47,794 bases of DNA from a virus (taxonomy: Duplodnaviria; Caudoviricetes): IMG/VR virus record IMGVR_UViG_3300037851_000408, positions 1-47,794 of that record; one strand, 5' to 3'. How positions within the stretch are numbered: the first letter of the stretch is position 1; every line of letters starts with the position of its first letter. Below, piece after piece: positions 1-8,527 of this stretch. A program made the position numbers and the translations under genes. Below the pieces are notes generated by a model, which saw nothing but the letters and a program-made list of their open reading frames with translations, did no database searches and was not told the origin of the DNA.

Positions 1-127
1 GCGGCATCGAAGTACGCCAACCTACGCGAATGGGACAAAGCCCCAACGGATGAAACGGTCAATATGTTGATCAATCTCGCCAAAGTGTGCGTAATTTGGG
101 GAGGGAACCATTTCCGTCTGCCAGAAA
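1..127. repeat. 127-bp exact copy of 46854-46980 at the window start
   Basis: GCGGCATCGAAG...CTGCCAGAAA is identical at both places, then the copies diverge (TAC vs GCC). 127 is a common de Bruijn k-mer length. Confidence 0.95.
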
Positions 128-481
128 TACAAAACGGTGCTGACGTGGCACAAGAGCAACGGAACGGGAATGGGCTACTGGCTGAGAGGATACACGGAAC
201 ACCTGCTCATCGGCATACGTGGAAACGTGCCCGCTTTCCGAAACCAACACCCGAACATAATCTACGCTGAGAGAGGTAGGCACAGTGCCAAACCAGATGC
301 GAGCTACGCCCTGATAGAAACTCTCAGCCAAGAACCACGGCTCGAACTTTTCGCCAGACGCAAGCGACCCGGCTGGCATACGTGGGGGAATGAAGTCTCC
401 AACGACGTAGTAGTGCAGAACGGTCGAACTGAGCCACCGCCTGAGAACGAGGCTGGCTCGGAGAAAGGACAATCGAAATGA
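128..481 (+). CDS. MT-A70-family adenine methyltransferase, C-terminal part (5' end missing)
   Basis: YKTVLTWHK..GMGYWLRGYTEHLLIG.RG...HSAKPD...RLELFAR...GWHTWGNE motifs; the N-terminal DPPW motif is absent. Confidence 0.85.
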   Translation, partial: YKTVLTWHKSNGTGMGYWLRGYTEHLLIGIRGNVPAFRNQHPNIIYAERGRHSAKPDASYALIETLSQEPRLELFARRKRPGWHTWGNEVSNDVVVQNGRTEPPPENEAGSEKGQSK

Positions 482-537
482 CCACGGAAGTCAAAGAGCA
501 TGACGGGCAGGCGGTTGGCTCAAGTGAGTTGTTAGCC
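415..537 (-). mobile_element. attC-like recombination site (123 bp)
   Basis: Minus strand reads GGCTAAC-AACTC-ACTTGAGC-CAACCGCCTG...CAGGCGGTG-GCTCAGT-TCGACC-GTTCTGC, i.e. R''/5 bp/8-bp L''...7-bp L'/6 bp/R', with two unpaired extra bases on one arm. Confidence 0.7.
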
Positions 538-846
538 GCTGGCTGGCGTGAATACCCGAACAAATTCAAGAAGTGGGCGCGATGCTTCTACAAGCAGCAC
601 GACACACCAACACGCTGCGCCTGCAACGACGACAAAGCGGGAATCCAAATAGAAATCGCGGTGAGCGATACCGGCGATATGGAAATGGAAGTGAGCGGCC
701 AACTGAAAGACGGCACTTGGATGCACCTGCACAACTACAGCCTACCGCCAACGACAGCGGGAGTGCTCGCGCTGATACCGCGAATGCTCGCAACATGGGA
801 ATCGGCTAACATCAGCAATAACACAAAGTCCGATGAATCGCAGTAA
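478..846 (+). CDS. hypothetical protein (putative cassette gene)
   Basis: 122-aa ORF, AAAGGA RBS, ATGA overlap with the MT-A70 stop. Confidence 0.75.
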   Translation: MTTEVKEHDGQAVGSSELLAAGWREYPNKFKKWARCFYKQHDTPTRCACNDDKAGIQIEIAVSDTGDMEMEVSGQLKDGTWMHLHNYSLPPTTAGVLALIPRMLATWESANISNNTKSDESQ

Positions 847-899
847 TATGGGTATGATTGAGGCATGAAGCAACGCGGTCTGACAAATGTTCTTTAATA

Positions 900-1260
900 T
901 CCGGCAGCGCGGCGACAGCATCATTGGGGATACCCGGTGGTGGGCGATGTGGCCGCTGTCGGCACTAATTTAACCGGCAAACATAAGCATGTAAAACGCT
1001 CATGCGGGGCTGATAGCCTCACTACCGGCGGACGCCTAAAGCGCGTCGCGGTCAAAACGCAAGGTGGGAATGGAACCGTTAAGTCTGACAGACAACCCAC
1101 GAAGCGATGACGTGAGAGACGGGGTAGCGACCGTCATGTTTTCCGGTCCGATTACGGACTAGTTTTGACCCCGTGCCTGTGCTGGCCAAGCGCGAGTGAG
1201 CAACGGTATGCGTGATTCGCCCGGTAACTCTCCGGGAACTCGCGGCGGGGTCAATCAATA
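900..1260 (+). ncRNA. candidate structured non-coding RNA or leader
   Basis: Intergenic stretch tiled with stems, e.g. 913-919/955-961, 987-991/1001-1005, 1064-1068/1096-1100, 1118-1122/1131-1135, 1146-1159, 1165-1173/1246-1254, 1191-1197/1238-1244. Confidence 0.5.
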
Positions 1261-1284
1261 CAACCAACAACAACAGGAGGCAAA

Positions 1285-1527
1285 ATGAGCTACGAAAACA
1301 CACGATGTCCATGTGGGGATTGCAAGCCGACAGACACGATGCTCTGTGGTGATTGTGAAACTCACCTGAAAGACCACAAATCCATGCAGGCCTTCCGCGA
1401 CGGGAGCGCACCTGTGGAGTATCGCCGCCATGCGGCCATAACTCTATTGAGTCTCGCTCGTGGTCGGAAGCGACGACAGCACTTTGTCCGAAACATACAA
1501 ACAAACCAACAACAGGAGGAAACATGA
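1285..1527 (+). CDS. small Zn-finger-like hypothetical protein
   Basis: CPCG..CxxC motifs, strong CAGGAGG RBS. Confidence 0.75.
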   Translation: MSYENTRCPCGDCKPTDTMLCGDCETHLKDHKSMQAFRDGSAPVEYRRHAAITLLSLARGRKRRQHFVRNIQTNQQQEET

Positions 1528-1829
1528 GCAAGTTCAACACACTCACCACCAAGATCCACATCTACTCCGACGCCGACCACCCGATATTCGGTGAAAACAT
1601 CACGGAGGTCAGTATAGAGGACGAGGCAGCCGGTCCGTTTATCGTGCTGGAGCAGGCAGGTGATGAGGACAGAGGCAAACTCAAGTTCGACCTAGAGGAA
1701 CTTGAGCTTGTGCTGAATGTTGCACGGTACTTGGTAAAGTCGGCGGAACGGGAGATCAGTAAGTATGACGAACGCTCGTCACCAACGTCGGTTGACGTTA
1801 CTTCTTCAACCGATACACCGGCACCTTGA
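1524..1829 (+). CDS. phage hypothetical protein
   Basis: CAGGAGG RBS, ATGA overlap, IEDEAAGPFI motif. Confidence 0.75.
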   Translation: MSKFNTLTTKIHIYSDADHPIFGENITEVSIEDEAAGPFIVLEQAGDEDRGKLKFDLEELELVLNVARYLVKSAEREISKYDERSSPTSVDVTSSTDTPAP

Positions 1830-1919
1830 ACCAGACATCTTCTGTTTCTCGCCAGTCTGTGACCATTGTCGGAGTAATTTTGGCCCAGTAAATGACCGTG
1901 ATGACCAGACTGCTCAATC

Positions 1920-2381
1920 CTACGTGGCGGCAGTCGGATTTGGCTTTGTGCTCTTTTCGGGTGTTTCTGCGGTGGACATTGTGCCGCGCACCCAAGCCTC
2001 ACACGCATTGCCCAACGCTACCGCCGCGTCATCCTTGTTTGCATAACCTTCCGACGACCGGAAAATCACGTTGCCGTTGATCGAAGCGATCTTGTACCGC
2101 CATCCGCCTCGCCCTTTGTAGTACGTGATGACATGCGTTTTTTTGGACATATCATTGTCCTCCGTGTTGTGACAAACGGGTTCACGCCGTGGCTGCATCA
2201 TCGGATGCAATGCCACGGGCGTGAACCCTTTTGGTTTGTTGTTAGACGCGAGCAATTTCTTGAGCGTGTCGCGTTCGGTTTCAAGTTCCTTGTATCGGAA
2301 CCATCTGGAAGCGACCAAGTGGACGACCGCGATCACCACGGCAACCGTTATCATCCCCATAAACAATCGCTCAAAGTCCAT
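1920..2381 (-). CDS. membrane-anchored protein with C-terminal YegP/DUF1508 domain (internal start at 2150)
   Basis: YKGRGGWRYKIASINGNVIFRSSEGYANKDDA matches the DUF1508 pattern; N-terminal hydrophobic helix. Confidence 0.7.
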   Translation of the reverse strand: MDFERLFMGMITVAVVIAVVHLVASRWFRYKELETERDTLKKLLASNNKPKGFTPVALHPMMQPRREPVCHNTEDNDMSKKTHVITYYKGRGGWRYKIASINGNVIFRSSEGYANKDDAAVALGNACEAWVRGTMSTAETPEKSTKPNPTAAT

Positions 2382-2385
2382 GTGC

Positions 2386-2943
2386 TCACCATTTGATCGA
2401 CAATGCCGCTCCGAGCCATAACTTCGCTTCGTCTGCCTTTGTGCCGACTCCCACGTGCCAACTGACGCTTTCGAGGTTGCCCGGCAGTTTGCTCAATAAC
2501 CCGGTCTCGTTTTTCAAGTCGGCGACCTTGTCTGGAATCTTGGCCAATGTCCCCGCCACTCCCAAGCCAACCAAATGAACATCGGTGGTGATGCCGTACA
2601 GATAACACAACCCCGGTTTCACTGTCGTCTTGGTGTTGAGCGGCAACTTCAACTCGAATGTCTTGATGTTGCCCTGTACGCCCACGGTCGCCGTACCCTC
2701 CCAATCGTCAATCGAATTGGCCACGAAAGCGTACCCGCCAACGATTTGCGTCTGGTCACCAATCGCCTGAATCCAGCTTTTCGCCGCCTCTGCCGCTGGC
2801 GGTAGTGCAGACGGGTCTGACTTGACCACTATCGGGGTTGCCTCGGCTGGCGCGGCTGCCGTGGTTGTCGTATTGGTGTCCGCGAACGCCTTCTGGAACG
2901 CCAGCGTCGCAACCATGAGAAACACTGCCATGAGCTTTTTCAT
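2386..2943 (-). CDS. secreted, probable small outer-membrane beta-barrel protein
   Basis: Signal peptide MKKLMAVFLMVATLAFQKAFA, amphipathic beta strands, terminal LSIKW; AAGGAGG RBS. Confidence 0.6.
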   Translation of the reverse strand: MKKLMAVFLMVATLAFQKAFADTNTTTTAAAPAEATPIVVKSDPSALPPAAEAAKSWIQAIGDQTQIVGGYAFVANSIDDWEGTATVGVQGNIKTFELKLPLNTKTTVKPGLCYLYGITTDVHLVGLGVAGTLAKIPDKVADLKNETGLLSKLPGNLESVSWHVGVGTKADEAKLWLGAALSIKW

Positions 2944-2944
2944 C

Positions 2945-3550
2945 TCATTCCTCCTTGTTGGGTTGTTTGTTTTTTCGTGCCTCTTTCGCCGCACGATGAC
3001 CATCCCTCCAATCCCTCCAGTCATCCGGCAAACTGTAATTCCCGAACACGTACCGCTTGAGGCCGTACACCAGCAACGGCACGACCACGCCTGCCAATCC
3101 AGCCAACACGTAACTGACTTGTCGAAAGATGTCGTGCAGAATTGGTGCGTTGACCTTCTGGTGTTTCCGAAACTCGTCTGTTGCTTCCTTCATGCTCACC
3201 GCTAGGTCGCGGTAGCTGTCCGCCAACGCGGTCATCGCCACTACCAACGGCTTGATGTCTGGCTGAACCTCGTTGACCGTCTTGGTCATGGAATCGAGCA
3301 GCGCGGTGGTGTGTCGCAAGGCGATTTCGGCTTCTGTCGAGGCGCGGTCCAGCTTGGCCAATGAATTAGTGCCAGCCACCGAAAGTTCGGCAATCCGGTC
3401 GCTGGCCGCAACAAGGCTCTGTCGTTCCCGGCGGAGAAACCCGCAGGAAACAACCAGCACGGCCACGACCAGAGAGACCGCAGCGACGGTCAGAAGGCGT
3501 TGAACAGCACCTTGAGACCGATCAGGGTAACGATTACGGCTGTCCAGCAT
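2945..3550 (-). CDS. coiled-coil membrane protein, possible spanin
   Basis: N-terminal hydrophobic stretch ending LVVSC, helical middle, C-terminal TM segment. Confidence 0.5.
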   Translation of the reverse strand: MLDSRNRYPDRSQGAVQRLLTVAAVSLVVAVLVVSCGFLRRERQSLVAASDRIAELSVAGTNSLAKLDRASTEAEIALRHTTALLDSMTKTVNEVQPDIKPLVVAMTALADSYRDLAVSMKEATDEFRKHQKVNAPILHDIFRQVSYVLAGLAGVVVPLLVYGLKRYVFGNYSLPDDWRDWRDGHRAAKEARKNKQPNKEE

Positions 3551-3828
3551 ACAATTCCCACCAAAAACCGGTTGAGTCTGTACCGTGCAATTTCGACTTC
3601 CTTGAGTCTGTTCACGTCATGCTCCACGACACCAAGCCGATGCGCGACGCCGCTTTCGGGTTTGCCGTTTCCAAACACGGTGTAACGCAGCTTGGACATC
3701 ATATCTCGTATTTCAGCCACATCTTCGAGAAGTTTTGCTTCGGTTTCGGGTGTCATGGTTTTATAGTCTGGTAATGGGACGCTGGCGGCTTGTTGATGCG
3801 AGTTTGCGCGGAAGGGATGCCGCGTCAT
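3490..3828 (-). CDS. holin/XhlA-like protein (coiled coil plus C-terminal TM)
   Basis: VFGNGKPESG motif, coiled coil, one C-terminal TM, position after tail genes. Confidence 0.5.
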   Translation of the reverse strand: MTRHPFRANSHQQAASVPLPDYKTMTPETEAKLLEDVAEIRDMMSKLRYTVFGNGKPESGVAHRLGVVEHDVNRLKEVEIARYRLNRFLVGIVCWTAVIVTLIGLKVLFNAF

Positions 3829-4029
3829 TTAGGCGGGGCCGCCAGCGTCCTCTGTTTGTTGGTGTCGTTCGAGTCGTTCAGCCTTGTGTTTCAAGTCGGC
3901 AAACATGGCATAGATTTCGCGTAATTCCGAATGAATAGGCGAATGGATTTCGTGGTAAGCCTCGCACGCCTTGAACAAGGCGCGGTCCGCTTCCGCCAAC
4001 CAGAGCAATCTATCCTCGACGCCGTTCAT
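3829..4029 (-). CDS. small helical hypothetical protein
   Basis: ATG at 4029 overlaps the subtilase stop. Confidence 0.55.
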   Translation of the reverse strand: MNGVEDRLLWLAEADRALFKACEAYHEIHSPIHSELREIYAMFADLKHKAERLERHQQTEDAGGPA

Positions 4030-6311
4030 TTCTTTCCCTTTCCCGGATGATTGCAATCTTGAGGGCAGTGACGATGGTTTTCCCCGTCCTGACAAATGCC
4101 GTCCCCGCATCGCGGCGGCGGAGGCGGGCAGATGCCGCAATCTTGCGGGCACGTCGAGCAAGTCTCGTCCCCGTTGCACACCCCATCACCGCACACGGGC
4201 GGAGGCGGCGGACAAATGCCGCAGTCATCAGGACACGACGCGCACGTTTCATCGGGGTCGCACAGTCCATCGCCGCACCTATCGGGCGGAGGTTCGACCG
4301 GCGGGATCACCGAGATCAAAAAACTGTCGTATGCGTATCCGCGTGGACTTCCGTTGTCGTAACAGTACGCGCTCACAACATACACGCCCGGCTTGGTGTA
4401 GGTGTGGGTCAACGGATTGGTGGACGTGAACCCGCTGCCGTCGCCGTGGTTCAGCCAGACCGCTTGCAACGTCCCGCCGTCCGGGTCGGACGCAGATACC
4501 GCAATCGTCACCGTAAGCGGGGCGATGCCGTCGAACGACTTGGAGGCGAACGAAATCACAGGCGGCTGGTTGGTTGTGCCCGGTGGGATGCCAACCGCCG
4601 TGGCTTGCACGGTGTTCAGAGCGGCGTCCGCGACTGTAACAGTCAGTCGCACGGAGTAATTCGTTGGCCAGATGCCGGATTGATAATCCGGCAGACAACA
4701 CGCGAACCCGCTGGACGTGGCGAACGCCCACCTTGTCAGGTCGTTTTCGGGGTCGGACACCGAAACCGTCATCTTCATTGTTGCCGAGTTGGTCGGATAC
4801 GAGAAAGCTGCCGATACGGTGGGCGCGGCGTTGGCGACGGTAGGATGCGCGAAGGCCGTCAGCGGTATCTCCGCCATTGTGCTGCCGCCGTGCCCATCCG
4901 CCACGGATGCGGTGCCGATAAGGTGGACGTTCCGCACCGATGGCTTGGTGATGTGACCGCCGTTGTCCGGTGTCGAGGCGAGCAAAAACATGGTGTCGAT
5001 CAGCTTGACGGCCACTGACCCTATGCCGGTGTAAATCGAGTCCCCATCGGGGTCATCGAAGAAATCAGTGGAAAACTCGTACCTGTCCCCGCTGACAATG
5101 ACGATGGGCGACGGCGTCGATGCCTGTTCTGGAGGCCGGTTGGCTGGTGTTCCGTTGTAGGGATTGGCCGACAGTCGGCGCAGGTTCAGCCGCCCTTGCG
5201 TGGTTGAGTTTTGCATCTTGCCGTCCGGGTCATCCAATATGTCGAGCGAGTCGGGATGCAATAACACGTCGCGCACCTGCTTGGGTGTCAGGTCTGGCCG
5301 TTGCGCGAGCAACAGCGCGGCGGCACCGGCCACGTGCGGACAAGCCATCGAGGTTCCGCTTTTGCTTTCGTACCCGTCGCCGGGCACGGTGGATACGATG
5401 CTGGAGCCGGGTGCGGCAAGGTCGGTTGAAGCCACTCCGTAGTTGGAGAACCCACTGGCCGACTCAACCGACCCGCCCCACTCCGTTGCCTGCACGGTCA
5501 CAATCCCCTCGTCGGCATACGCCCCCGGATAATGCGGCTTGCTGTCGTTGTTGGCATTGGCGTTCCCGGCGGCGACGACATGAATGATGCCAGCCGATGT
5601 TGCGGCAGCGAAAGCGTCCCGCAACGCTTGCAAGTATCCGCCGCCGCCCCATGAATTACTTGTGACCCTGATGTTGTGCCCGGCTTGTTTGAGGGCAATC
5701 AGTTTGTCCAACAGCAAGGCCGCATCCGATGACGCGCCGCTCCCGCCTGCGCCCAAAAACTTACAGGCAATCATTTTCACCCGCCAATTCACGCCGACGA
5801 CGCCCACCGCGTTGTTGCCGACTGCCCCGATGGTGCCAGCGCAATGCGTCCCGTGGCTGTTGTCGTCCATGCCTCCCACGGTCAACACCCCGCCCATCGC
5901 CGTGTAACCGTGCTCGCCGTCTGGCCCGGTCCAGATATTCGCCGCGAGGTCGGGATGGTTCCAGTCGATGCCGGTGTCGATGACGGCCACAATAATGTCG
6001 TGTGACCCCGTGGACTGGTCCCAAGCCGATGCCGCCTCGATGCGGGACATTCCCCACAACTGGCTCAACATCGGGTCATTGGGCGTCGCCGCGATGGACA
6101 CCTGTTGGTCGCGCTCGACAATCTCGCCGCCCTCGATGTCTCCCTCCGCGTCCGCCTCGACGATCATCCAATGTTTGACGTGCTTCAACTTCTGGACGAC
6201 GCGGCACTTACCCCGCAGGTCGCCCTTGGATTTCACCAGAAACAAATCAGCGTTGGCCGTTGACCCGAACATCAACGCCGCCACACAGAACAATGTCGTC
6301 AGTCGTTTCAC
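4026..6311 (-). CDS. secreted S8 subtilisin-like serine protease with PKD/Ig-like domains and three C-terminal CGDGxC repeats
   Basis: Catalytic motifs VAVIDTG, HGTHCAG, AAGN, GTSMACPHVAG; signal peptide after GTG at 6311; HTYTKPGVYVV PKD motif. Confidence 0.93.
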   Translation of the reverse strand: MKRLTTLFCVAALMFGSTANADLFLVKSKGDLRGKCRVVQKLKHVKHWMIVEADAEGDIEGGEIVERDQQVSIAATPNDPMLSQLWGMSRIEAASAWDQSTGSHDIIVAVIDTGIDWNHPDLAANIWTGPDGEHGYTAMGGVLTVGGMDDNSHGTHCAGTIGAVGNNAVGVVGVNWRVKMIACKFLGAGGSGASSDAALLLDKLIALKQAGHNIRVTSNSWGGGGYLQALRDAFAAATSAGIIHVVAAGNANANNDSKPHYPGAYADEGIVTVQATEWGGSVESASGFSNYGVASTDLAAPGSSIVSTVPGDGYESKSGTSMACPHVAGAAALLLAQRPDLTPKQVRDVLLHPDSLDILDDPDGKMQNSTTQGRLNLRRLSANPYNGTPANRPPEQASTPSPIVIVSGDRYEFSTDFFDDPDGDSIYTGIGSVAVKLIDTMFLLASTPDNGGHITKPSVRNVHLIGTASVADGHGGSTMAEIPLTAFAHPTVANAAPTVSAAFSYPTNSATMKMTVSVSDPENDLTRWAFATSSGFACCLPDYQSGIWPTNYSVRLTVTVADAALNTVQATAVGIPPGTTNQPPVISFASKSFDGIAPLTVTIAVSASDPDGGTLQAVWLNHGDGSGFTSTNPLTHTYTKPGVYVVSAYCYDNGSPRGYAYDSFLISVIPPVEPPPDRCGDGLCDPDETCASCPDDCGICPPPPPVCGDGVCNGDETCSTCPQDCGICPPPPPRCGDGICQDGENHRHCPQDCNHPGKGKK

Positions 6312-6348
6312 GTCCCACCCCCTGTATTTGATGTTTCTATGCGTTACC

Positions 6349-6807
6349 TCATGGCGTGTAGGGCAAATCCGCCTGTCGCGCCAGTTCAGCCATCGCTCCA
6401 ATGAACACCTGTCCAAACGTAGAGTCCGTCCCAGCGAGCGCGAAACAGTTGGCAACGCGATGAACCGAATGATCGGCGAATATCACGGTCGCAACTACTG
6501 CCTGTTGCGGGTTGGGTGCTGATACGGTGATAACCGCTGGGTCGTCCTGTCGGTTCGCCTGTCGTTTGACCTCCGACACCAGCGCGGTCAGCATCGCATC
6601 AAATGGCGCGTCATCGGCGCGTTTGGCGGTGATATTGCTTGACCCGACGCTCTTGCCGCCGGTGGCGAGCAGGTAGGTGCCGTCATACGGCAGAAACCGA
6701 GCGGAATACACTCCCGGCCTGCCGTTGGCGGGCATCACGATTTGCAATGACGTAATCCACATGCCGCCGAACGTGGACGGTGTGATAGGTGTGGGATTGA
6801 GTATCAT
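6349..6807 (-). CDS. hypothetical protein (tail region)
   Basis: AAGGA RBS, co-oriented 152-aa ORF. Confidence 0.7.
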   Translation of the reverse strand: MILNPTPITPSTFGGMWITSLQIVMPANGRPGVYSARFLPYDGTYLLATGGKSVGSSNITAKRADDAPFDAMLTALVSEVKRQANRQDDPAVITVSAPNPQQAVVATVIFADHSVHRVANCFALAGTDSTFGQVFIGAMAELARQADLPYTP

Positions 6808-6822
6808 TTGATGTTCCTTGGG

Positions 6823-8043
6823 TTACATAAGTCCAGTGCCGAGCACGTCCTCTTTTATGTTGACGGTGCCGACTTCGAGCCGTTTCGTGTCAATCGCATC
6901 CGAGTTTTTGATTGGATTGCCGCTTGTCAAAATGTTGCCGTCAAGATAGATGGATTTGGCTGTCAGACTTGAGTCGCCGTAAGATAAGTAGTTTAGTTCG
7001 AGCGGTGCTTCTAGTATGATGGTGATCTTGCCGCCGACAGTAACGGTTGAAGAACCGCAGAAGCCTGACGACGCCTCAAAATGCACGGTCAAGTCTCCGC
7101 CCACATCCACAATGCTATCTGAAATACAGGAAGATAGTTGGTAACAAAAAGCATCGACATTACCGCCAACGGTAAGCGTCCCATTTATGCACAAGCCGGT
7201 AGATGCCACGCTTGTCGAAGTATAATCACCGCCGATTACCGCCGTCGCACCATCGAAGTTTCCGTACCCACCAATGCGAACAGAGCCGGTTACAGTAATG
7301 GTGCCGCCGTTCCCAAATGGGAAATACACGTTCGCCTGTGTTGAATCTATACTGTCAGCGGTCAGCGTGGCATTATTGAACACCACGATGCCGCGACAAA
7401 CGATGTTTCCGCACGTCAGGTTGGCTGTGGCATAGGTTGAGTCAACAGTTATGTAATCCATCACCATGTCATTCACGCCAGAAATGACGTGGTACACGTT
7501 GATGGTGTCGTTGGCTTGGCGGATGCCGCCGTCCACAACAGCGGATGCAATCGCCTCCGACACCACGATGTCGGTGTGATCGGTGTCGAACGTAGCCGAG
7601 ACAACCGTGTAACATCGGTCGTTGCCCGTCGAGCCGACTACGCCAATGTACCCGGCGATGTCATCGTGATCGCCAGCAACGGTGAACGTCTTGGTGCCGG
7701 TGTTGACGCCGGTGATGGCAAACTCGGTCTGGTCAACCAAATACGTCTGATACATTGAGCCGTTGATTGCGCTGCTGGGGATTGATTCCGCAACCTCAAT
7801 GATGGTGTGTCCATCGTCATACACCACCGACACAATCGTATAGACTCCATCGTTTCCTGTTGAGCCGGTAACGGCGAGTTTATTCCCGGCTCCAAAATAA
7901 AATGAGGAATTGCCTTCACATAAAAAGGTTTTGTTTATTTGGTTCAAGTCAGAGATGGCTACATAATCAAATGGGGTTATATCGGACAGCACACCCAACT
8001 CAAACCCGTTCGTGGAGTTTTTTGCGGTGTAAAGCCACAACAT
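6823..8043 (-). CDS. putative tail fiber/adhesin
   Basis: Two V.GSTGND..YT.VS repeats, then a Gly/Ser/Thr/Val-rich beta-solenoid-like region. Confidence 0.65.
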   Translation of the reverse strand: MLWLYTAKNSTNGFELGVLSDITPFDYVAISDLNQINKTFLCEGNSSFYFGAGNKLAVTGSTGNDGVYTIVSVVYDDGHTIIEVAESIPSSAINGSMYQTYLVDQTEFAITGVNTGTKTFTVAGDHDDIAGYIGVVGSTGNDRCYTVVSATFDTDHTDIVVSEAIASAVVDGGIRQANDTINVYHVISGVNDMVMDYITVDSTYATANLTCGNIVCRGIVVFNNATLTADSIDSTQANVYFPFGNGGTITVTGSVRIGGYGNFDGATAVIGGDYTSTSVASTGLCINGTLTVGGNVDAFCYQLSSCISDSIVDVGGDLTVHFEASSGFCGSSTVTVGGKITIILEAPLELNYLSYGDSSLTAKSIYLDGNILTSGNPIKNSDAIDTKRLEVGTVNIKEDVLGTGLM

Positions 8044-8044
8044 A

Positions 8045-8524
8045 TCAGTATCCTCCCACCAGCGACACCAACCACCACGCCGAGCCGTTGTACCGAAGCA
8101 TCAACGCATAAGTTAGTCCGCTGGTCAGTGTCTTGGGAAACGATACCGCCGAGTCGGACGGCAGCACGATGGCCGGGTCAACATCCAGCGAGCGGTTCGC
8201 GCCCGATGCCGTCAACCACAGTTCGAGCCGTGCGCCCTCAACCGGGTTGGTCGGTTCGTCGATGGTCATTGCGCCCGTCAACGCGGCCTTCTGTAATTTG
8301 CCGTTGGCGTAGTTGAACGCCGTCAACCCGCTGACGTTGCCAGCGTTGTACGGGGTCAACGACGCGGCGAACACCGGGTCTGATTCCGTCTCGATGTAGG
8401 AGCCAAGATCAGACACCTGACTCTCGGTGATACTGATGCCGGTTGACTTGTCCCAAGCGGTGAACACCGGGTCCGATTCCGGTCCGCCGCCGCCGCCGCT
8501 TGGGGGATTGTAATATCCGCTCAT
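8045..8524 (-). CDS. tail-fiber-associated protein
   Basis: ESDPVF repeats, C-terminal beta domain ending YNGSAWWL. Confidence 0.65.
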   Translation of the reverse strand: MSGYYNPPSGGGGGPESDPVFTAWDKSTGISITESQVSDLGSYIETESDPVFAASLTPYNAGNVSGLTAFNYANGKLQKAALTGAMTIDEPTNPVEGARLELWLTASGANRSLDVDPAIVLPSDSAVSFPKTLTSGLTYALMLRYNGSAWWLVSLVGGY

Positions 8525-8527
8525 TGA

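Noticed and set aside
1-127. Biological direct terminal repeat
   Set aside because: The second copy is internal, 814 bp from the end, and the length equals a common assembler k-mer.
64-270. 68-aa ORF starting with methylase sequence
   Set aside because: Product of the 127-bp junction; it runs out of frame after 21 residues.
970-1045. c-di-GMP-I riboswitch (GGCAAAC...GGACGC..CTAA)
   Set aside because: No GNRA-capped P2 or correct spacing; resemblance is only fragmentary.
4060-4285. DGR template/variable repeat pair
   Set aside because: These are coding CGDGxC repeats; differences are not adenine-specific and no reverse transcriptase is present.
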